From the NCBI RefSeq assembly GCF_009914755.1, contig NC_060931.1: a stretch of 64,000 nt of DNA, one strand, 5' to 3'. Below the pieces are notes generated by a model. The model had not been told where the DNA came from and searched no databases. It saw nothing but the letters and a program-made list of their open reading frames with translations. Position 1 is the first letter of the stretch. Every line of letters begins with the position of its first letter. Below, piece after piece: positions 10,901 to 22,900 of the stretch. Position numbers and translations under genes: made by a program. This stretch comes from the human T2T-CHM13v2.0 reference genome, Homo sapiens.

Positions 10901-13900
10901 TGTGTGCGTTCAACTCACAGAGTTTAACCTTTCTTTTCATAGAGGAGTTTGGAAACACACTGTTTGTAAGGACTGCAAGTGGATATATGGACCTGTTTGA
11001 GGCCTTCGTTGGAAACGGGATTTCTTCATTGAATGCTAGACGGAAGAATTCTCAGTAAATTCTTTGTGTTGTGTGCATTCAACTCACAGAGTGGAACGTC
11101 CCTTTAGACACAGCAGATTTGAAACACTCTTTTTGCGGAATTTGCAAGTGGAGATTTCTAGCCATTTGATGCCAACAGTAGAAAGGGAAATATCTTCAAA
11201 TAAAAACCAGACAGAATCATTCTCAGCAAATTCTTTGTGATGTGTGCGTTCAACTCACATAGTTTAACCTTTCTTTTCATAGAGCAGTTTGGAAACACTC
11301 TGTTTGTAAAGTCTGCAAGTGGATATATGGACCGCATTGAGGCCTTCGTTGGAAACGGGATTTCTTCATTTCATGCTAGACAGAAGAATTCTCAGTAACT
11401 TCTTTGTGCTGTGTGTATTCAACTCACAGAGTGGAACGTCCCTTTGCACAGAGCAGATTTGAAACACTCTTTTTGTGGAGTTTGCAAGTGGAGATTTCAA
11501 GCGATTTGATGCCAACAGTAGAAAAGGAAATATCTTCAAATAAAAACTAGACAGAATCATTCTCAGAAACTACTTTGTGATGTGTGCCTTCAACTCACAG
11601 AGTTTAACCTTTCTTTTCTTAGAGCAGTTTAGAAACACTCTGCTTGTTATGACTGCAAGTGGATATTTGGACCTCTTTGAGGCCTTCGTTGCAAACGGGG
11701 TTTCTTCCTTTCATGCTAGACTAAGAAGAGTTCTCAGTAACTTTTTTGTGTTGTGTGTATTCAACTCACAGAGTTGAACCTTGCTTTAGAGAGAGCAGAT
11801 TTGAAACACTCTTGCTGTGGCATTTTCAGGTGGAGATTTCAAGCGATTTGAGGACAATTGCAGAAAAGGAAATATCTTCGTATAATAACCAGACAGAATC
11901 ATTCTCAGAAAGTGCTTTGTGATGTGTGCGTTCAACTCACAGAGTTTAACCTTTCTTTTCATAGAGGAGTTTGGAAACACACTGTTTGTAAGGACTGCAA
12001 GTGGATATATGGACCTGTTTGAGGCCTTCGTTGGAAACGGGATTTCTTCATTGAATGCTAGACGGAAGAATTCTCAGTAAATTCTTTGTGTTGTGTGCAT
12101 TCAACTCACAGAGTGGAACGTCCCTTTAGACACAGCAGATTTGAAACACTCTTTTTGCGGAATTTGCAAGTGGAGATTTCTAGCCATTTGATGCCAACAG
12201 TAGAAAGGGAAATATCTTCAAATAAAAACCAGACAGAATCATTCTCAGCAAATTCTTTGTGATGTGTGCGTTCAACTCACATAGTTTAACCTTTCTTTTC
12301 ATAGAGCAGTTTGGAAACACTCTGTTTGTAAAGTCTGCAAGTGGATATATGGACCGCATTGAGGCCTTCGTTGGAAACGGGATTTCTTCATTTCATGCTA
12401 GACAGAAGAATTCTCAGTAACTTCTTTGTGCTGTGTGTATTCAACTCACAGAGTGGAACGTCCCTTTGCACAGAGCAGATTTGAAACACTCTTTTTGTGG
12501 AGTTTGCAAGTGGAGATTTCAAGCGATTTGATGCCAACAGTAGAAAAGGAAATATCTTCAAATAAAAACTAGACAGAATCATTCTCAGAAACTACTTTGT
12601 GATGTGTGCCTTCAACTCACAGAGTTTAACATTTCTTTTCTTAGAGAAGTTTAGAAACACTCTGCTTGTTATGTCTGCAAGTGGATATTTGGACCTCTTT
12701 GAGGCCTTCGTTGCAAACGGGGTTTCTTCCTTTCATGCTAGACTAAGAAGAGTTCTCAGTAACTTTTTTGTGTTGTGTGTATTCAACTCACAGAGTTGAA
12801 CCTTGCTTTAGAGAGAGCAGATTTGAAACACTCTTGCTGTGGCATTTTCAGGTGGAGATTTCAAGCGATTTGAGGACAATTGCAGAAAAGGAAATATCTT
12901 CGTATAATAACCAGACAGAATCATTCTCAGAAAGTGCTTTGTGATGTGTGCGTTCAACTCACAGAGTTTAACCTTTCTTTTCATAGAGGAGTTTGGAAAC
13001 ACACTGTTTGTAAAGTCTGCAAGTGGATATATGGACCTGTTTGAGGCCTTCGTTGGAAACGGGATTTCTTCATTGAATGCTAGACGGAAGAATTCTCAGT
13101 AAATTCTTTGTGTTGTGCATTCAACTCACAGAGTGGAACGTCCCTTTAGACAGAGCAGATTTGAAACACTCTTTTTGCGGAATTTGCAAGTGGAGATTTC
13201 TAGCCATTTGATGCCAACAGTAGAAAGGGAAATATCTTCAAATAAAAACCAGACAGAATCATTCTCAGAAAATTCTTTGTGATGTGTGCGTTCAACTCAC
13301 ATAGTTTAACCTTTCTTTTCATAGAGCAGTTTGGAAACACTCTGTTTGTAAAGTCTGCAAGTGGATATATGGACCGCATTGAGGCCTTCGTTGGAAACGG
13401 GATTTCTTCATTTCATGCTAGACAGAAGAATTCTCAGTAACTTCTTTGTGCTGTGTGTATTCAACTCACAGAGTGGAACGTCCCTTTGCACAGAGCAGAT
13501 TTGAAACACTCTTTTTGTGGAGTTTGCAAGTGGAGATTTCAAGCGATTTGATGCCAACAGTAGAAAAGGAAATATCTTCAAATAAAAACTAGACAGAATC
13601 ATTCTCAGAAACTACTTTGTGATGTGTGCCTTCAACTCACAGAGTTTAACCTTTCTTTTCTTAGAGCAGTTTAGAAACACTCTGCTTGTTACGTCTGCAA
13701 GTGGATATTTGGACCTCTTTGAGGCCTTCGTTGCAAACGGGGTTTCTTCCTTTCATGCTAGACTAAGAAGAGTTCTCAGTAACTTTTTTGTGTTGTGTGT
13801 ATTCAACTCACAGAGTTGAACCTTGCTTTAGAGAGAGCAGATTTGAAACACTCTTGCTGTGGCATTTTCAGGTGGAGATTTCAAGCGATTTGAGGACAAT

Positions 13901-16900
13901 TGCAGAAAAGGAAATATCTTCGTATAATAACCAGACAGAATCATTCTCAGAAAGTGCTTTGTGATGTGTGCGTTCAACTCACAGAGTTTAACCTTTCTTT
14001 TCATAGAGGAGTTTGGAAACACACTGTTTGTAAAGTCTGCAAGTGGATATATGGACCTGTTTGAGGCCTTCGTTGGAAACGGGATTTCTTCATTGAATGC
14101 TAGACGGAAGAATTCTCAGTAAATTCTTTGTGTTGTGTGCATTCAACTCACAGAGTGGAACGTCCCTTTAGACAGAGCAGATTTGAAACACTCTTTTTGC
14201 GGAATTTGCAAGTGGAGATTTCTAGCCATTTGATGCCAACAGTAGAAAGGGAAATATCTTCAAATAAAAACCAGACAGAATCATTCTCAGAAAATTCTTT
14301 GTGATGTGTGCGTTCAACTCACATAGTTTAACCTTTCTTTTCATAGAGCAGTTTGGAAACACTCTGTTTGTAAAGTCTGCAAGTGGATATATGGACCGCA
14401 TTGAGGCCTTCGTTGGAAACGGGATTTCTTCATTTCATGCTAGACAGAAGAATTCTCAGTAACTTCTTTGTGCTGTGTGTATTCAACTCACAGAGTGGAA
14501 CGTCCCTTTACACAGAGCAGATTTGAAACACTCTTTTTGTGGAGTTTGCAAGTGGAGATTTCAAGCGATTTGATGCCAACAGTAGAAAAGGAAATATCTT
14601 CAAATAAAAACTAGACAGAATCATTCTCAGAAACTACTTTGTGATGTGTGCCTTCAACTCACAGAGTTTAACCTTTCTTTTCTTAGAGCAGTTTAGAAAC
14701 ACTCTGCTTGTTATGTCTGCAAGTGGATATTTGGACCTCTTTGAGGCCTTCGTTGCAAACGGGGTTTCTTCCTTTCATGCTAGACTAAGAAGAGTTCTCA
14801 GTAACTTTTTTGTGTTGTGTGTATTCAACTCACAGAGTTGAACCTTGCTTTAGAGAGAGCAGATTTGAAACACTCTCGCTGTGGCATTTTCAGGTGGAGA
14901 TTTCAAGCGATTTGAGGACAATTGCAGAAAAGGAAATATCTTCGTATAATAACCAGACAGAATCATTCTCAGAAAGTGCTTTGTGATGTGTGCGTTCAAC
15001 TCACAGAGTTTAACCTTTCTTTTCATAGAGGAGTTTGGAAACACACTGTTTGTAAGGACTGCAAGTGGATATATGGACCTGTTTGAGGCCTTCGTTGGAA
15101 ACGGGATTTCTTCATTGAATGCTAGACGGAAGAATTCTCAGTAAATTCTTTGTGTTGTGTGCATTCAACTCACAGAGTGGAACGTCCCTTTAGACAGAGC
15201 AGATTTGAAACACTCTTTTTGTGGAATTTGCAAGTGGAGATTTCTAGCCATTTGATGCCAACAGTAGAAAGGGAAATATCTTCAAATAAAAACCAGACAG
15301 AATCATTCTCAGAAAATTCTTTGTGATGTGTGCGTTCAACTCACATAGTTTAACCTTTCTTTTCATAGAGCAGTTTGGAAACACTCTGTTTGTAAAGTCT
15401 GCAAGTGGATATATGGACCGCATTGAGGCCTTCGTTGGAAACGGGATTTCTTCATTTCATGCTAGACAGAAGAATTCTCAGTAACTTCTTTGTGCTGTGT
15501 GTATTCAACTCACAGAGTGGAACGTCCCTTTGCACAGAGCAGATTTGAAACACTCTTTTTGTTGAGTTTGCAAGTGGAGATTTCAAGCGATTTGATGCCA
15601 ACAGTAGAAAAGGAAATATCTTCAAATAAAAACTAGACAGAATCATTCTCAGAAACTACTTTGTGATGTGTGCCTTCAACTCACAGAGTTCAACCTTTCT
15701 TTTCTTAGAGCAGTTTAGAAACACTCTGCTTGTTATGTCTGCAAGTGGATATTTGGACCTCTTTGAGGCCTTCGTTGCAAACGGGGTTTCTTCCTTTCAT
15801 GCTAGACTAAGAAGAGTTCTCAGTAACTTTTTTGTGTTGTGTGTATTCAACTCACAGAGTTGAACCTTGCTTTAGAGAGAGCAGATTTGAAACACTCTTG
15901 CTGTGGCATTTTCAGGTGGAGATTTCAAGCGATTTGAGGACAATTGCAGAAAAGGAAATATCTTCGTATAATAACCAGACAGAATCATTCTCAGAAAGTG
16001 CTTTGTGATGTGTGCGTTCAACTCACAGAGTTTAACCTTTCTTTTCATAGAGGAGTTTGGAAACACACTGTTTGTAAAGTCTGCAAGTGGATACATGGAC
16101 CTGTTTGAGGCCTTCGTTGGAAACGGGATTTCTTCATTGAATGCTAGACGGAAGAATTCTCAGTAAATTCTTTGTGTTGTGTGCATTCAACTCACAGAGT
16201 GGAACGTCCCTTTAGACAGAGCAGATTTGAAACACTCTTTTTGCGGAATTTGCAAGTGGAGATTTCTAGCCATTTGATGCCAACAGTAGAAAGGGAAATA
16301 TCTTCAAATAAAAACCAGACAGAATCATTCTCAGAAAATTCTTTGTGATGTGTGCGTTCAACTCACATAGTTTAACCTTTCTTTTCATAGAGCAGTTTGG
16401 AAACACTCTGTTTGTAAAGTCTGCAAGTGGATATATGGACCGCATTGAGGCCTTCGTTGGAAACGGGATTTCTTCATTTCATGCTAGACAGAAGAATTCT
16501 CAGTAACTTCTTTGTGCTGTGTGTATTCAACTCACAGAGTGGAACGTCCCTTTGCACAGAGCAGATTTGAAACACTCTTTTTGTGGAGTTTGCAAGTGGA
16601 GATTTCAAGCGATTTGATGCCAACAGTAGAAAAGGAAATATCTTCAAATAAAAACTAGACAGAATCATTCTCAGAAACTACTTTGTGATGTGTGCCTTCA
16701 ACTCACAGAGTTTAACCTTTCTTTTCTTAGAGCAGTTTAGAAACACTCTGCTTGTTATGTCTGCAAGTGGATATTTGGACCTCTTTGAGGCCTTCGTTGC
16801 AAACGGGGTTTCTTCCTTTCATGCTAGACTAAGAAGAGTTCTCAGTAACTTTTTTGTGTTGTGTGTATTCAACTCACAGAGTTGAACCTTGCTTTAGAGA

Positions 16901-19900
16901 GAGCAGATTTGAAACACTCTTGCTGTGGCATTTTCAGGTGGAGATTTCAAGCGATTTGAGGACAATTGCAGAAAAGGAAATATCTTCGTATAATAACCAG
17001 ACAGAATCATTCTCAGAAAGTGCTTTGTGATGTGTGCGTTCAACTCACAGAGTTTAACCTTTCTTTTCATAGAGGAGTTTGGAAACACACTGTTTGTAAA
17101 GTCTGCAAGTGGATACATGGACCTGTTTGAGGCCTTCGTTGGAAACGGGATTTCTTCATTGAATGCTAGACGGAAGAATTCTCAGTAAATTCTTTGTGTT
17201 GTGTGCATTCAACTCACAGAGTGGAACGTCCCTTTAGACAGAGCAGATTTGAAACACTCTTTTTGCGGAATTTGCAAGTGGAGATTTCTAGCCATTTGAT
17301 GCCAACAGTAGAAAGGGAAATATCTTCAAATAAAAACCAGACAGAATCATTCTCAGAAAATTCTTTGTGATGTGTGCGTTCAACTCACATAGTTTAACCT
17401 TTCTTTTCATAGAGCAGTTTGGAAACACTCTGTTTGTAAAGTCTGCAAGTGGATATATGGACCGCATTGAGGCCTTCGTTGGAAACGGGATTTCTTCATT
17501 TCATGCTAGACAGAAGAATTCTCAGTAACTTCTTTGTGCTGTGTGTATTCAACTCACAGAGTGGAACGTCCCTTTGCACAGAGCAGATTTGAAACACTCT
17601 TTTTGTGGAGTTTGCAAGTGGAGATTTCAAGCGATTTGATGCCAACAGTAGAAAAGGAAATATCTTCAAATAAAAACTAGACAGAATCATTCTCAGAAAC
17701 TACTTTGTGATGTGTGCCTTCAACTCACAGAGTTTAACCTTTCTTTTCTTAGAGCAGTTTAGAAACACTCTGCTTGTTATGACTGCAAGTGGATATTTGG
17801 ACCTCTTTGAGGCCTTCGTTGCAAACGGGGTTTCTTCCTTTCATGCTAGACTAAGAAGAGTTCTCAGTAACTTTTTTGTGTTGTGTGTATTCAACTCACA
17901 GAGTTGAACCTTGCTTTAGAGAGAGCAGATTTGAAACACTCTTGCTGTGGCATTTTCAGGTGGAGATTTCAAGCGATTTGAGGACAATTGCAGAAAAGGA
18001 AATATCTTCGTATAATAACCAGACAGAATCATTCTCAGAAAGTGCTTTGTGATGTGTGCGTTCAACTCACAGAGTTTAACCTTTCTTTTCATAGAGGAGT
18101 TTGGAAACACACTGTTTGTAAAGTCTGCAAGTGGATATATGGACCTGTTTGAGGCCTTCGTTGGAAACGGGATTTCTTCATTGAATGCTAGACGGAAGAA
18201 TTCTCAGTAAATTCTTTGTGTTGTGTGCATTCAACTCACAGAGTGGAACGTCCCTTTAGACAGAGCAGATTTGAAACACTCTTTTTGCGGAATTTGCAAG
18301 TGGAGATTTCTAGCCATTTGATGCCAACAGTAGAAAGGGAAATATCTTCAAATAAAAACCAGACAGAATCATTCTCAGAAAATTCTTTGTGATGTGTGCG
18401 TTCAACTCACATAGTTTAACCTTTCTTTTCATAGAGCAGTTTGGAAACACTCTGTTTGTAAAGTCTGCAAGTGGATATATGGACCGCATTGAGGCCTTCG
18501 TTGGAAACGGGATTTCTTCATTTCATGCTAGACAGAAGAATTCTCAGTAACTTCTTTGTGCTGTGTGTATTCAACTCACAGAGTGGAACGTCCCTTTACA
18601 CAGAGCAGATTTGAAACACTCTTTTTGTGGAGTTTGCAAGTGGAGATTTCAAGCGATTTGATGCCAACAGTAGAAAAGGAAATATCTTCAAATAAAAACT
18701 AGACAGAATCATTCTCAGAAACTACTTTGTGATGTGTGCCTTCAACTCACAGAGTTTAACCTTTCTTTTCTTAGAGCAGTTTAGAAACACTCTGCTTGTT
18801 ATGACTGCAAGTGGATATTTGGACCTCTTTGAGGCCTTCGTTGCAAACGGGGTTTCTTCCTTTCATGCTAGACTAAGAAGAGTTCTCAGTAACTTTTTTG
18901 TGTTGTGTGTATTCAACTCACAGAGTTGAACCTTGCTTTAGAGAGAGCAGATTTGAAACACTCTTGCTGTGGCATTTTCAGGTGGAGATTTCAAGCGATT
19001 TGAGGACAATTGCAGAAAAGGAAATATCTTCGTATAATAACCAGACAGAATCATTCTCAGAAAGTGCTTTGTGATGTGTGCGTTCAACTCACAGAGTTTA
19101 ACCTTTCTTTTCATAGAGGAGTTTGGAAACACACTGTTTGTAAGGACTGCAAGTGGATATATGGACCTGTTTGAGGCCTTCGTTGGAAACGGGATTTCTT
19201 CATTGAATGCTAGACGGAAGAATTCTCAGTAAATTCTTTGTGTTGTGTGCATTCAACTCACAGAGTGGAACGTCCCTTTAGACACAGCAGATTTGAAACA
19301 CTCTTTTTGCGGAATTTGCAAGTGGAGATTTCTAGCCATTTGATGCCAACAGTAGAAAGGGAAATATCTTCAAATAAAAACCAGACAGAATCATTCTCAG
19401 AAAATTCTTTGTGATGTGTGCGTTCAACTCACATAGTTTAACCTTTCTTTTCATAGAGCAGTTTGGAAACACTCTGTTTGTAAAGTCTGCAAGTGGATAT
19501 ATGGACCGCATTGAGGCCTTCGTTGGAAACGGGATTTCTTCATTTCATGCTAGACAGAAGAATTCTCAGTAACTTCTTTGTGCTGTGTGTATTCAACTCA
19601 CAGAGTGGAACGTCCCTTTGCACAGAGCAGATTTGAAACACTCTTTTTGTGGAGTTTGCAAGTGGAGATTTCAAGCGATTTGATGCCAACAGTAGAAAAG
19701 GAAATATCTTCAAATAAAAACTAGACAGAATCATTCTCAGAAACTACTTTGTGATGTGTGCCTTCAACTCACAGAGTTTAACATTTCTTTTCTTAGAGAA
19801 GTTTAGAAACACTCTGCTTGTTATGTCTGCAAGTGGATATTTGGACCTCTTTGAGGCCTTCGTTGCAAACGGGGTTTCTTCCTTTCATGCTAGACTAAGA

Positions 19901-22900
19901 AGAGTTCTCAGTAACTTTTTTGTGTTGTGTGTATTCAACTCACAGAGTTGAACCTTGCTTTAGAGAGAGCAGATTTGAAACACTCTTGCTGTGGCATTTT
20001 CAGGTGGAGATTTCAAGCGATTTGAGGACAATTGCAGAAAAGGAAATATCTTCGTATAATAACCAGACAGAATCATTCTCAGAAAGTGCTTTGTGATGTG
20101 TGCGTTCAACTCACAGAGTTTAACCTTTCTTTTCATAGAGGAGTTTGGAAACACACTGTTTGTAAAGTCTGCAAGTGGATATATGGACCTGTTTGAGGCC
20201 TTCGTTGGAAACGGGATTTCTTCATTGAATGCTAGACGGAAGAATTCTCAGTAAATTCTTTGTGTTGTGCATTCAACTCACAGAGTGGAACGTCCCTTTA
20301 GACAGAGCAGATTTGAAACACTCTTTTTGCGGAATTTGCAAGTGGAGATTTCTAGCCATTTGATGCCAACAGTAGAAAGGGAAATATCTTCAAATAAAAA
20401 CCAGACAGAATCATTCTCAGAAAATTCTTTGTGATGTGTGCGTTCAACTCACATAGTTTAACCTTTCTTTTCATAGAGCAGTTTGGAAACACTCTGTTTG
20501 TAAAGTCTGCAAGTGGATATATGGACCGCATTGAGGCCTTCGTTGGAAACGGGATTTCTTCATTTCATGCTAGACAGAAGAATTCTCAGTAACTTCTTTG
20601 TGCTGTGTGTATTCAACTCACAGAGTGGAACGTCCCTTTGCACAGAGCAGATTTGAAACACTCTTTTTGTGGAGTTTGCAAGTGGAGATTTCAAGCGATT
20701 TGATGCCAACAGTAGAAAAGGAAATATCTTCAAATAAAAACTAGACAGAATCATTCTCAGAAACTACTTTGTGATGTGTGCCTTCAACTCACAGAGTTTA
20801 ACCTTTCTTTTCTTAGAGCAGTTTAGAAACACTCTGCTTGTTACGTCTGCAAGTGGATATTTGGACCTCTTTGAGGCCTTCGTTGCAAACGGGGTTTCTT
20901 CCTTTCATGCTAGACTAAGAAGAGTTCTCAGTAACTTTTTTGTGTTGTGTGTATTCAACTCACAGAGTTGAACCTTGCTTTAGAGAGAGCAGATTTGAAA
21001 CACTCTTGCTGTGGCATTTTCAGGTGGAGATTTCAAGCGATTTGAGGACAATTGCAGAAAAGGAAATATCTTCGTATAATAACCAGACAGAATCATTCTC
21101 AGAAAGTGCTTTGTGATGTGTGCGTTCAACTCACAGAGTTTAACCTTTCTTTTCATAGAGGAGTTTGGAAACACACTGTTTGTAAAGTCTGCAAGTGGAT
21201 ATATGGACCTGTTTGAGGCCTTCGTTGGAAACGGGATTTCTTCATTGAATGCTAGACGGAAGAATTCTCAGTAAATTCTTTGTGTTGTGTGCATTCAACT
21301 CACAGAGTGGAACGTCCCTTTAGACAGAGCAGATTTGAAACACTCTTTTTGCGGAATTTGCAAGTGGAGATTTCTAGCCATTTGATGCCAACAGTAGAAA
21401 GGGAAATATCTTCAAATAAAAACCAGACAGAATCATTCTCAGAAAATTCTTTGTGATGTGTGCGTTCAACTCACATAGTTTAACCTTTCTTTTCATAGAG
21501 CAGTTTGGAAACACTCTGTTTGTAAAGTCTGCAAGTGGATATATGGACCGCATTGAGGCCTTCGTTGGAAACGGGATTTCTTCATTTCATGCTAGACAGA
21601 AGAATTCTCAGTAACTTCTTTGTGCTGTGTGTATTCAACTCACAGAGTGGAACGTCCCTTTGCACAGAGCAGATTTGAAACACTCTTTTTGTGGAATTTG
21701 CAAGTGGAGATTTCAAGCGATTTGATGCCAACAGTAGAAAAGGAAATATCTTCAAATAAAAACTAGACAGAATCATTCTCAGAAACTACTTTGTGATGTG
21801 TGCCTTCAACTCACAGAGTTTAACCTTTCTTTTCTTAGAGCAGTTTAGAAACACTCTGCTTGTTATGTCTGCAAGTGGATATTTGGACCTCTTTGAGGCC
21901 TTCGTTGCAAACGGGGTTTCTTCCTTTCATGCTAGACTAAGAAGAGTTCTCAGTAACTTTTTTGTGTTGTGTGTATTCAACTCACAGAGTTGAACCTTGC
22001 TTTAGAGAGAGCAGATTTGAAACACTCTTGCTGTGGCATTTTCAGGTGGAGATTTCAAGCGATTTGAGGACAATTGCAGAAAAGGAAATATCTTCGTATA
22101 ATAACCAGACAGAATCATTCTCAGAAAGTGCTTTGTGATGTGTGCGTTCAACTCACAGAGTTTAACCTTTCTTTTCATAGAGGAGTTTGGAAACACACTG
22201 TTTGTAAAGTCTGCAAGTGGATATATGGACCTGTTTGAGGCCTTCGTTGGAAACGGGATTTCTTCATTGAATGCTAGACGGAAGAATTCTCAGTAAATTC
22301 TTTGTGTTGTGTGCATTCAACTCACAGAGTGGAACGTCCCTTTAGACAGAGCAGATTTGAAACACTCTTTTTGCGGAATTTGCAAGTGGAGATTTCTAGC
22401 CATTTGATGCCAACAGTAGAAAGGGAAATATCTTCAAATAAAAACCAGACAGAATCATTCTCAGAAAATTCTTTGTGATGTGTGCGTTCAACTCACATAG
22501 TTTAACCTTTCTTTTCATAGAGCAGTTTGGAAACACTCTGTTTGTAAAGTCTGCAAGTGGATATATGGACCGCATTGAGGCCTTCGTTGGAAACGGGATT
22601 TCTTCATTTCATGCTAGACAGAAGAATTCTCAGTAACTTCTTTGTGCTGTGTGTATTCAACTCACAGAGTGGAACGTCCCTTTGCAGAGAGCAGATTTGA
22701 AACACTCTTTTTGTGGAGTTTGCAAGTGGAGATTTCAAGCGATTTGATGCCAACAGTAGAAAAGGAAATATCTTCAAATAAAAACTAGACAGAATCATTC
22801 TCAGAAACTACTTTGTGATGTGTGCCTTCAACTCACAGAGTTTAACCTTTCTTTTCTTAGAGCAGTTTAGAAACACTCTGCTTGTTATGACTGCAAGTGG

